The notes under the pieces are model-generated. The model made no database searches. It had not been told where the DNA came from and worked only from the letters and a program-made list of their open reading frames with translations. A stretch of DNA of 62,987 nucleotides, counting the filler, from Octopus bimaculoides (lineage: Eukaryota), in NCBI RefSeq assembly GCF_001194135.2. It is 4 parts of 4 records of this genome, joined end to end, with 100 filler letters (N's around TTAATTAATTAA, not from the genome) between each part and the next. Parts side by side here need not be neighbours in the genome. Positions count along the whole stretch, not along the records: positions 32,042 to 61,506 come from NC_068989.1; 3 more parts are not named here. One strand, 5' to 3'. The first letter of the stretch is position 1; every line of letters begins with the position of its first letter. The position numbers and the translations under genes are program-made. Shown here piece after piece: positions 39,761-53,431 of this stretch.

Positions 39761-39787
39761 GACAGAAAAGATATATATGTATATATT

Positions 39788-40007
39788 TACCTTTTACTTG
39801 TTTCAATCATTATACTGTAATCATGCTGGGTCACCAATTTGAAGGACATTAGTTGCATGAATTGACTCCAGTACATTTTCCCTTTAAAACTTGGTGCTTA
39901 TTTTATTGGTCTATTTTGCCAATCCTTAAGTTATAGAGATGTAAGCACATCAACAGCAATTGCCAAGCAGTAATGGGGTTCAAACACAGATACAAAGACA
40001 TGCATGT

Positions 40008-40044
<37 letters not shown>

Positions 40045-40211
40045 ATGGCCTCCTTTCAGTTTCCATCAACCAAATCCACTATCAAAGCTTTGGTCAGCTT
40101 GATGCTCTAGTAGAAGACAACACTTCCACAGAGTGCTATGCAATGGGGCTGAATCTGGAGCCATATACTTGGGAAGCAAACTTCTAACTGTACAGCCATA
40201 CCAGCACCTAT
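39788..40211 (-). mobile_element. SINE family A, full length, diverged
   Basis: Reverse-complement match. Confidence 0.8.
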
Positions 40212-40301
40212 GTGTGTGTGTATAAAGGGGGGAAAGAGAGAGAGAGAGAATGAGAGAGAGGGGGAGAGTGAGAGAGAGTGAGAGAGTGTGTGTGTGTGTG
40301 G

Positions 40302-40332
<31 letters not shown>

Positions 40333-40364
40333 GTGGGTGGTTAGCATGTCACATAATTTTTTTT

Positions 40365-41780
40365 GTATCAAAACATCACCACTGGGGTGGTTATGTTGCA
40401 AGTCGGTAAGAGTTATCTTGAAGTGTTTGTGGGAGATGTGCTTGTTCTTAAGGTTGTTCTTGTGGAAATGGAACATGTACAGTGGTACTATATGTATAAT
40501 GTATAACCTTTGCAGGGCATGTGAGCATACACATCTGTGTTTGTTAGTGTGCTTTCTTTTTTTATATATTGATTAAGTTCATGGGGCTTTTATGTATGCA
40601 TGCAGTGTGTATAGGGGTACAATGTGTGTGGGGGTGAAAAACAGCCTATTTGGTAGGTGTTCACCATGTTGGGGTGTGTGTATTTGTATGTGGGTGCGTT
40701 ATTGTATGCTCTGGTCATGGTGGAGGGCTGAAGCTGGGAGATAGGTGATTGTAGTCATGATGGGGCACACAGGTATGCTAGAATATACTTCCTTTCATGT
40801 GGGCAAGGATTAAAACTTTCACTTCTGCTTCAGGTAAATTCCTAGGTGCTGGATGCTCTTTAAAATTACTCTTTGGTCTTTTAAAGAAAGCACCACTGAT
40901 TACAGCATAAAGTGGAAGATCCCAGAGAAGTGTAAACTATACTTTAATAGCAGCAGGAAGTGCAGGTTATGCCTAGCTGAGAAAAGTACAATTTGAAAGA
41001 GTACCTAGCACCCAAGAATTTACCTGAATAGCAGAAGTGAAATTTTTAATCCTTGCCCACATCATAGGAAGTACATCCTAGCATTCCTGTGTGCCCCATC
41101 ATGACTACAATCACCAGTCTCCCAGCTTCAGCCCTCCACTAATACCCTAAAGTTCATCAAAATGTTTCACCAGAGCATACACTAACACACCCACATACAA
41201 ACATGCATGCCCAGCAAGGCAGACACCTACCAAATAGACTGTTTTCTACCACCCCCAATATAAACTCTCACACACATTGTACCCTTACACACACTGCACA
41301 GACACATAAAGGCCCCACAAACTTAACCAATACATAAAAGAAAGAAAATACACTAATGACCACAGATATGTATGCCCACACTCCTTGCAAAGGTTATACA
41401 TTATACATATAGTACTATTACACATATTCCATTTCCATAAGAACACCAACCTTAAGGATGCACACATCTCCCACAAACACTTCAAGATAATTCTTACTGA
41501 CTTGTAAAATAACCACCCCAATGGTGATGTTTTGGTACCAAGGGTCATAACTTTTAACTTAATCCTCTACTCATTTTGTTTCATCATCTTTTTTCACAGC
41601 AACTACAAACTGGATGTGTCTATTCACCCCCATCAATAGAGATCAGTTGCCATATTTCATTCCATATTGGTTACCTATGATGAGCTTAGGGTTACATAAT
41701 CAGATTGTTAACTAAAACTCCATATAATCCCTAGTGTGAAACCAATTGGTATGATCGGCTGTAATGAATATATAATACTG
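40365..41780 (+). mobile_element. 5'-truncated Penelope-like element with inverted 3' duplication
   Basis: 40870-41105 encodes, with stops, WSFKESTTDYSIKWKIPEKCKLYFNSSRKCRLCLAEK...YLNSRSEIFNPCPHHRKYILA, the GIY-YIG-side C-terminus typical of PLEs. 40365-40868 is an inverted copy of 40987-41538. Confidence 0.75.
41667..41758 (+). ncRNA. Decayed hammerhead motif at the 3' end of a Penelope-like element
   Basis: Degenerate core (cctatgatga), long stem II (ttaggg...ccctag), GAAA at 41738, 10-nt palindrome ACCAATTGGT, GUA triplet; ttggtta/tgatcgg can form stem I. Confidence 0.5.
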
Positions 41781-41811
41781 TACACTTCAGATAATATATA
41801 TATATATATAT

Positions 41812-41965
41812 GTACAAGTGTAGCTGTGTGGTAAGATGCTTGCTTCCCTTGGGTTCAGTCATATTGTGTGGGGCACCTTGGGAAAGTGTCTTCTATTATC
41901 ACCCTGGGCTGACTAAAATCTTGTGACTAGATTAGGTAGATGAAAGCTGAAAGAAGCATCATGTA
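41812..41965 (+). mobile_element. SINE family A 5' half
   Basis: Head similarity followed by a long (CA)n. Confidence 0.7.
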
Positions 41966-41969
41966 TATG

Positions 41970-42100
<131 letters not shown>

Positions 42101-42115
42101 TTATGTGCATATATG

Positions 42116-42261
42116 TAGAGGTTCATCAAGGATTAGTCCTCAGTCACCTCTTATTCATCATATTCCTCCAGGCAATAACAGATGAATTCAAGACAGGCTG
42201 CCCCTGGGAGCTCCTCTATGCTGATGACCTTGCTCTAATAGCTGAGTCACTACCAGAACTA
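42116..42261 (+). mobile_element. RTE RT catalytic fragment
   Basis: VHQGLVLSHLLFIIFLQAITDEFKTGCPWELLYADDLALIAESLPEL. Confidence 0.85.
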
Positions 42262-42330
42262 TTCCCTTGAATTTAGGTAAATAATCCTTTGTACAGACGG
42301 TCAGTAGCGATGCCTGCTGGGTTTGGCTGC

Positions 42331-42373
42331 TTTACATTGATAAGGGGCAAACACCCTGAAACTAGTCTGTAGA
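42331..42373 (+). ncRNA. Minimal type I hammerhead ribozyme with U3-A8 core variant
   Basis: Stem I tttaca/tgtaga; core UUGAUAA; stem II gggg-caaaca-ccct; GAAA; palindromic ACUAGU; GUC triplet (cut after 42367). Confidence 0.7.
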
Positions 42374-42963
42374 TGCCAGACTAGCAAGGGGAAGCGGCTG
42401 ACCTCTCCTATTCGAAGGTTATAATAGACACAGGTTCGTGTGTCACATAGCTAGCTAGAGGCAATGGCCTCTTGGAGCTAATCAACGGCAGCATTCATCC
42501 TATTGTTTGGACTGCCATGTTGGCTTGGTGATAACTATTTATACAAATATAAATAATATCTGATTAATTAATTAGTTAAATGACTAGCAAGTGTCCTTAA
42601 ATAACATTTCCTATGTAAAGAGTGCTAGTTATGCCTTTTATATTGCATTACTGTCACTGAAAGAATGCTGAAATACATGAGGAGGTGGAGCAGAAGAAAG
42701 GATGCTGGTATAGAAGTGAGGTTTCCAGTATAGGTGGTGGGTGCAAGCACGGGTAGATGCATTGTGAGTGAGCAAGTGAAGCTGTGTGACTAGATGGAAT
42801 CATACAAAATTTCAACAAGCCAAAAGAAACCTACATTGGATGAAACATACAAATAATCATGAAAAAGAGGAGGTAAGCACAATTTCCAGGACAGAGCCAG
42901 TAGTAATGAAAGGTGGAGAGACAAGATATATTTTCAGGACATAAAAAGTACACATACACACGT

Positions 42964-42997
<34 letters not shown>

Positions 42998-43927
42998 GCA
43001 CACATCTTTGGTTTCACATTTACAATTGTACTTGGCAATAGTGACAATTCAATAGATATGCTGACTGGAAATACACAACCTCTTTAATGCTTGAGTTAAA
43101 TATTCAGCCTTGGTTAGCATGGCAGTGGAAAAAAATTGAAACAAAAAGTCCTTTTTCTGAGAATGATAGAAGAGTTACCTTCCCCTCTATAATTCCAGCT
43201 GTAAATAAAGGAGGTCAGCTATGCTTGCTTACATTTTTGCCATCCTGTAGTCTGCAAGCTGGGAAGACCATGTTTCCAAAATAAATTTTCTGCCATGAGG
43301 GTAGCAAGCTAAAAATTTCTTATGAGTAGATAAATGGATTTTTTAAAATCATTTCTTTATAATTTATAGATCTTAAGGATAACAAATATTAATCCACTAG
43401 AAAAAAGAAAGCAATATCTTTGAAATAGATTACAGATTTCAAATGAATTATAAACAATGTTTAAACATTGCAAAACAAAATGAATTTCTTTTAATAATTA
43501 ACATTGTAACTTGATATTATATACATACATTTATACACACATATATATTTGATCTGAGTAAATTTGAAGTAATTTAATACAAATTTAAAATGAAAGAAAA
43601 CAATTAATGCATAGTAATTGGAAATGTATCATAATAACTTATCCATTGAAAATCATTACTTTATAACAGATTTTTCTAATACCATAAACCTAAGCAAAAT
43701 GCAGAATAGCACAGACTTATAGAAGAATATATGAGGACATAGCTGCATGCAATTTGAATATATTAGTGTCACATGTAAGGTACTCTTTCATTTCAAACAG
43801 TGAAATATATGATATTTGTACCAATCTTAATTTTTACAGATATGTATGTGTATGCATGTGTGTGTGTGTGAGTGTGTGTGTGTGTGTGTGTGAGTGTGTG
43901 TGTATGAGTGTGTGTGTGTGTGTGTGT

Positions 43928-44002
<75 letters not shown>

Positions 44003-44819
44003 GGAAAATATTTTGTTTGTAATATACTCTTTTAGCTAGTTCTCTATGCTAGCATGGTTTATGGTCGAGTTGGTATATTTTGTTTTGCATACTTTTCCAC
44101 TTGTAATTTTGAATGAACTTCTTATAAATTATTCAATGGAACTTGTGGTCTCTTAAGTTGACTGATGCAAGCAGAGTTATGTGATTTCCCCAAGGTAGTA
44201 AAACTTAATTTAGCCTGAGTGATATATATACGAAGGTTCCATCTTGATAAGCTGTAACTCTTTTTTAATCATTAATGTCCTTGAAAAAGATATGGACACA
44301 ATAAATTTGATTTGTCTTGCTTCTGCAAAATGGTAAAAATAATCAAATACTAAAGCATATTACTGGTCATAAAATGTTACACATGAAATGCAAATATATA
44401 TTGTTTCTCTTATCAGAATTTGATGAAAAATATAAAGTATATTTTATGAATTTTGGTATTATAATTCTCTAATACTGCACTATTAATCTTTTAATACTGC
44501 TTACATACTTGAAAGACCTATTTATGCTACTACAACAATTTTCTAAAAACTGAATGAATGATGCATATAAGTGCACACCTGTTATTTATGACTCTGGAAC
44601 TCAGCGTTCCAAAGTCATAAAACCTTTGCCTGATTTATTACCTCTGCTGTGGTCCATACTATGCTTGCCTTTTATTACTATTTACATGCAATCCTGGTAA
44701 CAAGGTGTAAACTGGTGATTCTTTGCTCAATATAAGAAATGATAAACATATTTGCAACTCATCTTTTAATATGAAATGCAATATATGTAATAACAATTTG
44801 GATAAATTATAAAAAGATG

Positions 44820-44925
44820 TTTCTTAGCATGTTAAATATATTGGATACCATCAAAATACATTTAGCATGCTAAATATATTTGGATACCAACTAAAAAACG
44901 TTTCTTGTCATACTAAATATATTTC
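44820..44925. repeat. Three diverged ~38-40-bp tandem units
   Basis: Recurring tagcatg(c/t)taaatatatt(t)ggatacca. Confidence 0.7.
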
Positions 44926-45809
44926 AAGATTTACTTCTGATATTGGTATTGATGTGACATGGGTAGATAAACATATGGATGTAGACTTCAAATTGTATTA
45001 AAAAAATTAAACAAAATCTAATAGTGGATAAAATCAATGTGATAAACATTCAGAAAAGATGAAATAAAACACGTCAATAATGAAATACAACATATCAATG
45101 AGCATACAAAAATAGTGTTATGTGTCTTATGGATGACATTTTTGACTGCATATATACTTGATAAAAATGTATATAATTTTTTGCTTTCATTTTCTTTTAG
45201 GAAACATTTTTAACCCTTTATGTAACACATGCATTTTCTGCATTTGCTTGTTTTTTTTTTTGTAATTAATAACATTAAACTATTTTGTTAAAGACCTATA
45301 CTCTGGTCACTGATACAGTGAAAGTAAAGTCACTTATATAGTTCATATACAATGAAACACATCGATACTTTGGTTGTGATTAAGTGTCAAGCAAAGCCAG
45401 AGTAATCACTCGACTGGAATAAAATCTATATTTGGCTGGGGTAATTATATGGATGGGAGCCTATTGACTCATGCACTTCCAGTTCAATCATCATGCTTCA
45501 AAAAAAAAAAAAAAAGAAAGGAACAGATGCCAAATGGGAAGAAAAAAACTTTGACCACATACTATCCTTACACATAATTCTTACACATTCTTCTATTATT
45601 AATCTCTTATTGATTAGATTGAACCTTATTACTTCTACTCAGATGTCGATAGGGTAACAAATAGGTTATTTATTATGTTCACAAAATATCTTGTGATTAT
45701 AGTTGTACTCATGGCTGCCTCTGGCTGATAAGCTGTGCACCAGTAGACATTTCTACTGAGCCATATTACAGCTTCATAATTTAAATAACTAAGAAAAACT
45801 AACTGCAAA

Positions 45810-45852
<43 letters not shown>

Positions 45853-46939
45853 ACACTAGTTCTTCAGTCTATGTCATTTTCATATTTTGTTCTGCACTGG
45901 ACCAGAGATACAAGAAACCAATATGAAAGTGCAAAGCCATAAGTAAAGATGTAAAGTAGATGCTAATCCATTTTTAAAATCATTTTTATACTCAAAACAA
46001 GTTCTTTGGAATGGTATGAATGGTAAGCTCTAGTAAGATTGTTTGCTTAGTTTAAGCAGTTCCATAACCAGATATTATTCTTGGTGGCATTTGATTAAAT
46101 TAATAAGGGCACTTGCTTTAATAAGTATTTCCATATACATATTTATCATACAGTATATTACATAATAAAATCAACAAATATATTCATAAAAATGAAACTG
46201 AATACATTGAGAATGTTTTGAAAACTTGCATTATATCTATATTATTTTCATGTTTCCTAAGCCTAGAAGAACAAGGTGATATTTGTACTTTTGAAACACA
46301 GTCTTATTCTAAAGTCTGTCAGAGGTTTTTGTTAAATAAATGATTATATCTTATAAATAAATATTATTAAAAATAATTTAGATTGTTTTACAGATTTTAG
46401 CTCTTAATTTATTATTTGATCAAGAAAGAAAAAATGATAGTTGTGAGAAAAGAACATGTATCTATGTACATGTTCATTTCCTTTATCGAGAGATAGAAAC
46501 TGAAAAAGAAGGTTGTAGTATGTTATATTTTTCCTTTCAAAAACTAAAGTGTTCATTTTAATTGTTGCTGTTTTAAAAATAAGCTGTGTGGTTAATAGTT
46601 GTTTTAAATATTAAATGATGGGTGATACACATGCACATTATGAAGTACATTATTATTTGAAAGAAGAAGTATTATATGAGTAGAAATACTATATGAGTAG
46701 AAGTACTATATGACTTTTAATGAAAAGAGAGAGATTATCCATTTTCACTGTATATATTGAAATGGTTGACATGCATTACTTCTTACTTCTATAAATATGT
46801 TAATCTATGAATTATTACTTTAATTCACATTTAATTCGGTGAAAAATAAATTTGATCTTTTAGTATTTAAAATTTCCCTTGTTGGGAAGATCAATCATTA
46901 CTTCACAATTTCCAATATACCTCCATAAGGAAGTACAGT

Positions 46940-47190
46940 AGATGTACCTTCTTTTGTGTGAAACATGTTTGATGAAAGCAAAACAAAGAATCTATCAAGA
47001 GTTTCTGTCTCTAACAACACCATTTAGTGCCATATTTATGACATCACAGAGGATGTTACAAGATATTACTAAAATCAAATTATCAATGCACACATTTACT
47101 AATCAGCTGGATGAGTCAGCTGATGTTTCTAATTGTGCTCATTTGAATAGCTTTTGCATACTGTATCGATGATCAGCTGAAAAATGAATA
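46940..47190 (+). mobile_element. hAT (Charlie/Buster-like) transposase fragment
   Basis: LSRVSVSNNTI...IYDITEDV and FTNQLDESADVSNCAHL (first catalytic D motif). Confidence 0.65.
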
Positions 47191-50075
47191 CTAATTCTAT
47201 CTTCAGCTTGAAAGAACAACCATAGTACATGACATTATTGACATGGTATCAATCTACTTTGCAAATAACTCCTTTTATCACTGTTGGTGGAAAAATCATA
47301 ACCAAAACTCTTTCTGATTCATTTAAAAGCATGATGACCTGTGTTTACATAAGTAGTCAATTTATAAAAATTTTAGCATATAAAGATTTGTTTGTCCAAA
47401 GTGATAGGTGAAGAATTTGGTTTTGAATATATGCAGCTGTTGTAACTGAGGTGAAATGGCTGCCTCACAACATGACTGCCTCATGACATGGCTGCCTCAT
47501 GACATAGCTTTTTAACCACGTTTTGACCTGTGATCAGAAATTGTGCTGCAAAAGCACATCCTGAAAACACCATCAACAAATTCATTTCATACTTAGCTGA
47601 TCTATTAGACATTGAGTGTACAGCATCTTTCTAGTTTCAGCTAGGTGCAATGGGATACTCAACATTAATAACATGAGTTATTGATGCATTTCTCCAATTT
47701 CCTATGACTTACTATATGTGTGAACTTAGATCCTTGGACAATGTACCACTTCAAGTCCAAAACTATAAGCTGGCTCATTCTAAGCACAGATATCAACCTG
47801 GTTCTGTGAAGACTATGCATCTAAAATCTGGTGTCACCAAAAAAACTTCATTTATCTCACCAAGGCTATGTTCTGTGCACTTGTGTTTTGTATAATACAC
47901 AATTTTATGTTGAGGCAATTTGAATTGGTCAGAGCAAAGCTGAGAAATAATTGGAAGCCATTGCTTGAATGTAGGTGTTTAATATGATTCAACTAAAATG
48001 ACAATATCTCTCTCAATAAGGGAAACAATCAGACTATCAAATAGTATGGTATATGATAATTACTTATTTTATCGACCCAATACAGCTGAAAGGTTGAGTC
48101 AACCCTGGTGGAATTTGAACTTAAAATATGAAGGGATTCTCTCAATTTTTTATTTCCACCATTGATATCAAAATGATAAAGTGACTAACAAATTACTTCT
48201 ACAAATGAATTCACCTAATGTATATAAGGTTCATTTCCACCTTCAGAAGTTGACAACATATAGTTAGCTACACTCCCTTGAAGAATGTATGTGTGTGCTT
48301 TTACTTGTTCCAGTCACTGGACTAGTCATGCACAAATTATTGCTTTATTTGTCAATCAGATTTTTTTTCAGAATTTTCCCAAATACTATGATTATTTTCT
48401 CTGTATTCGATAAAAATGATTCCATCTTCACCAGTGTGACAACATCAGAACATAAATAAATTGCTACGTTTACGAAATTGTTAACTTCATATGTTCTGTT
48501 ACCATTTAAGGCTGATGCCTAACCATAGAATTAATATATAATGATACATATAACATGCCTGTAAATAAGAATTTAATAAGTAATACAAAGAATCATGTTA
48601 TAAGAGATACCAACTCTTTTATTCTCTTCTAGTTAAAAATCTAAAAACAGTGTGGGCATCATATCTGAATATTAGTTATGTACAGATGGAGACAAAACAA
48701 AGAAGTAGGAATAATGATGCTGAATTTGATGCAAAGCAGTAGGATATAACATACTAAATGCAACAATAATAAAGTCAGTTTAAGAGATTAAGAAGTAAAA
48801 GCACTAAAGGAAGCCTTTTAGAAACATTGAAACTAAGAATCTTTCTAGTGCAGGCTACAGGAAGGAGACATAAATGTAGTAATCAACAAGAATAGCTATA
48901 GGTTAAAAGAGAAATGAGTGAATATATATGCTCTAAATCAGTAGGAGAGGTAACACAAGTAGAATGGATGTCAAAATTAAATGAAGTGTAAGCATGCTTA
49001 TTAAGTATACTTCACTAAATCCCAAAAGAGTAAAGAATGCTTAGAAATAATTCTTATCAGATGTATTTTAATTTTAGAATTGGCATTTGCTATCATCTAA
49101 TTTTTTAAATACAGAAGTGTATGTGGCACTAATTTCCAGCTGGGAAGACTGAGATAAGTTGAGTAACGTCCTTTACTTTGTCAAACATAATGCTTATTTA
49201 TTCAAATTGGTTTGAATTGATTATGCATTATCTCATAACTTTGAGATTTCAATGATGTGATTCAATATTTTTGATTGACATTATATGATAAGTGTGAGAG
49301 ATCAAATCTGGTCAGTTTGAACATAAAATGTGTAGAATATTTGGGCTGGATATGGCCAGTTTAAATGTTAAAAGGTTAAGAGGAACAAGAAAACCCCCTA
49401 ATGTGAGACTATTAAATCTGTAGCCCATTACATTGTCCACAGCAGCATGCCTCCACTATCCCCCTTTTGCTCCTCCCCATATTCTTGCATGTGTCAATTT
49501 TGTATACAACTTAATTTCTTTTGTATTTGCAGAATAAGTAAATTTCAAAGACTGAATCCAATTAAAATCAATTTTACTGAATTACCTTATTTCTCAAGCT
49601 TAATTTGTCAATCTTTCTACAACTTCTATATTTAGAGATATTACAAGTTATAATTAACTTATATCAAATATTTATATAACTCAAATCAGTTGTTAAGTTA
49701 AAGATTAACAACCTTTATAAAAATGTATTTGATAATTATTAGCAATGTATTGAAATTTAAATGTACTTCTAATATGCTGAAAGGACTTTTTTTGAAATAA
49801 AATAGGTATATACAGTTGACATTTGAAGTCTGCATCTGACTTCTAAATGTATAAAACTATAAAACAACAGTTAACTATTGAAAAACAGAACACAAAAGAA
49901 TCTGTGAATTCTTTGAATAAAATAATCCAAATGTTCAATATCTTAAAAGGAGATAGTTGTTTATACATTATATAATGAACAAACAAGCCAGTGCTTAAAA
50001 AATAAGACTATAGATTATCTTATGCAATAATCCTTTCAGAGACAGTACATATGTTAAAAAAACATGAAGTCAAGG

Positions 50076-50287
50076 GGGCGAGCTGGCAGAAACAGTAGCA
50101 TGCCAGGCGAAATGCTTAGCGGTATTTCATCTGTCTTTATATTCTGAGTTCAAATTCTGCCAAGGTTGACTTTGCCTTTCATCCTTTTGGGGTCGATAAA
50201 TTAAGTACCAGTTGCATACTGGGGTCGATCTAATCAACTGGCCCCCTCCCCAATAATTTTGGGCCTTGTGCCTAGAGTAGAAAAGTT
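50076..50287 (+). mobile_element. SINE family B, full length
   Basis: ggcgagctggcagaa...ctgagttcaaattc...ggggtcgat...gtgcctagagtagaaaag. Confidence 0.85.
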
Positions 50288-50979
50288 AATCCTTTAGTTT
50301 TTGCCAACATTTATACTGAAATGATTACTTTGAAATAATTTTATTGGAAATACTTCACAGAATAAATATTTAAACTGTGTTTGATAGATGTCTAAATTAA
50401 TCAAATTGATGATAAAAGAAATATTGATTTCTATTAACAGTGTATTGGTGATTTAATAAATTTTGCTATATTATTGATACTTATTTTACAGCATCCAGAA
50501 GGCTGGACAATAAAGTCAACTTTAATGTGATGTAAACTTTGAAGACTAAATACCAAACCAAAATAAAATACACAGTTCTATTATCTTAGCCTCTTGATTT
50601 TTGGTTAGAAACAAGCCTCACATTTAAGAAGAAGATCAATAACACTGGCTGATATTCATGCCTTTCTTAAGTGGTTCATGGAAGTGTAGTGAACTGGTTT
50701 CAACTAAGAATGAAACTTCAACAGACTCTGTCCACAGGGAGTTGTATATATTGATCTATGCTGCAAGACCAATCGTTTGTAGAAGTTTTTCAATTTGCTT
50801 GTCTCCAGTACATACTTTGCACCTATTTTATTGAGTCAAAAAGGACGAAATGCAAAATTGAATGAGCTGAAGCAAAGACTTAGACTCAGTACATAGAGGA
50901 ACATAATATTGTAGCCTGTATTATGTTTTACTATTTTTGAGATTCCATACATCAGAATAAAGAACTATTGATCTCAAAT

Positions 50980-51092
50980 TTTGGCACAAGGCCAGTAATT
51001 TCAGGTAAGCTGATTGCATCAACCACAGTGCTCAACTGGTGCTTATTTTATTGACTCTGAAAGGCAAAGTTAACCTAGCAGAATTTGAACAC
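50980..51092 (-). mobile_element. SINE family B fragment (a similar fragment lies at ~48058-48125)
   Basis: Reverse-complement match to the family B body and tail. Confidence 0.6.
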
Positions 51093-51658
51093 AGATGGAT
51101 AGAGGAATATTGAAAAATATCTTACATTTGTTATAAGTAAATATTCTCCAAGACATTCAATGGGATGCAAATCATTTCTCTGTTGTTTAGTTTGGATTTC
51201 ATATTTGTTTTGATAGGGAATTGAAAAAAGGTGAGATTCTCTTTGAAGGAATTTATTTAGATAGATGGAATAACTTAACAATAGGACAAATTATGATCAA
51301 AATACTGGTCACACTTTTTGTATTCAATTCACATAAAATAAAAAGAGGTATTTTTGATACTTAGTGTGTTAAAAATATAAACAATCTCATAACATTTTTT
51401 TTTTGACAACTCCAGTGTTTGTAAAACCTAACATATATCTTCAGTAGCAACAGCTATGCATTTTAAATAGGTCTTTAGTTAAATGCTTTTTGAAAAAATT
51501 AGGCTCAGCTAAGTTTATCATGGACTTTGTCTTGCACAAGCTAAATAGTATAATCTATTACTGACAGTGAGGTTGAGAAATATTTTGATTATTTTATAAG
51601 TTTTAATGATGAAAATAAGGTGAGATATTTGTTAAATGAAAGCATAAAACTTTGTTGT

Positions 51659-51693
<35 letters not shown>

Positions 51694-51694
<1 letters not shown>

Positions 51695-51872
51695 CTTTTA
51701 TCTCTTACTTGTTTCAGTAATTTGGCTGTGGCCATGCTGGGGCACCACCTTGAAGAATTTTAGTTGAAGGAATCAACCCTAGGAATTATTATTTTTGTAA
51801 AGCCTAGTACTTATTCTATCAGTTTCTTTTGCTGAACCACTAAGTTATGGGGATGTAAACACACCAACATCA
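51694..51872 (-). mobile_element. SINE family A 3' half
   Basis: Reverse-complement match. Confidence 0.8.
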
Positions 51873-51938
51873 CACATAGATATATACACACACATGCACA
51901 TAGATATATATTCATATATACACACATATGCATGTATA

Positions 51939-53026
51939 CAGGGTCTCCTAAAGAAATGACTACACACTTTACCTAAAGTGCTACAAAATGTTTGAAAATG
52001 CAGTCAAAATGCAAAAACAATTTACAAGGGAGATTCAAGCAGATCCATCGAATTAGAGACAAATTTAAAGCAGATGAAACTCTTCAGAATGTCCACAAGA
52101 AACATTGTGGAAAACCATAGACATTGACAAACCCCACAAGAAAATCTGTGCAGCAAGTTGTGAGGCAAGAGTTTCAAAATCATACATCTGTTGCATTTTG
52201 AAGTTCTATTATTGGAAAAGTTGCATTCTAAGAGTAGTCCATGCTTTCAATAAAGATGATCCAGACTGAAAAAATGGAGTTTTGCAAGTGGTAATTAGCA
52301 AAATGTGTAAACAATGCACACTTTCTACCGCAGAATATTTGGAGTGATGAAGTTACATTTAAATTAAATGGCTCAATTAACTACCACAGTTGCACCTACT
52401 GGGGACCTGAAAATCAGCATACTGCAGAGGAACATGTTAATTTATGAGGAGTGGCGGTAGGGTATGGCTTATCATCAAATGTATTAATTGAAACATTCTT
52501 TTGTGATGATACTGTGACTGGTCTCCTTTACTTGAACTTGCTACAACAATATGTCATGCTAAGCATTCAAGAGGATTTTGAAGATGTAGAGTTATTATTT
52601 CCAGCAAGATGTGACACTCCAAAACTACTGTAGCAATGTAAGTGCCTACCTGATCAGATTTTGTCAAATAGGTGGATTGGATGAAGAAGTTCAGTATACT
52701 CTTTGCATTTACTAAACTTCTCACCACTAGACTTTTTTAATGGGGATACTTAAAAGATAAAGTTTGTGGTACAAAACTAGCATGGTCAACAAATAGAAGA
52801 CAGGTATTGGATGAGAATGCACACAAACATTGAATGAAATGTCTCTCAATGTTTGTGGTTCTATTGTTTTTTGTTATCAGCAATGCATGAACTAGTTTGA
52901 AAACAGGCTTTCATAAAAGTTTAATTTTGTCTGTACGTTCTATTAAATTTCAAAAATGAAATGTATTTTAGTAAACACTGACAGTATAATCATTCAATGT
53001 GCATATACATTTTTTGGGACACCCTG
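51939..53026 (+). mobile_element. Near full-length decayed Tc1/mariner-superfamily transposon
   Basis: TIRs CAGGGTCTCCTAAAGAAATG / CATTTTTTGGGACACCCTG with TA duplication. Remnant motifs [36 protein letters not shown]. Confidence 0.9.
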
Positions 53027-53065
53027 TATATGTGTGAGACAAATGTATGTGTGTGTGTGTGTATA

Positions 53066-53376
53066 TTCTTTTTATTCTTTTACTTGTTTCAGTCATTTGA
53101 CTGTAGCCATGCTGGAGCACCACCTTTAGTTGAACAAAGCGACCCCAGGACTTATTCTTTGTAAGCCTAGTACTTGTTCTATCAGTGTCTTTTGCTGAAC
53201 TGCTAAGTTATGGGGGATACCAACACACCACCAGCAGTTGTCAATACACACACAAATACACACACACACACACATATACAAAAGGCTTCTTCCAGTTTCC
53301 ATCTACCAAATCCACTCACAAGGCTTTGGTTGGCCTGAGGCTATAGTAGAAGATACTTGCCCAAGGTGCCATGCAG
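53066..53376 (-). mobile_element. SINE family A, cut by a gap
   Basis: Reverse-complement match. Confidence 0.85.
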
Positions 53377-53386
53377 NNNNNNNNNN

Positions 53387-53431
<45 letters not shown>

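Noticed and set aside
43723-43782. TYRRIYEDIAACNLNILVSH as alternative CENP-N exon 2
   Set aside because: A few identities in register, but no polypyrimidine tract, it lies beyond an artificial join, and the 31343 candidate fits better.
48630-48740. KTVW...QM...FDAKQ resembling CENP-N exons 3-4
   Set aside because: Needs gaps, ends in a stop, and lies in degenerate repeat-like sequence.
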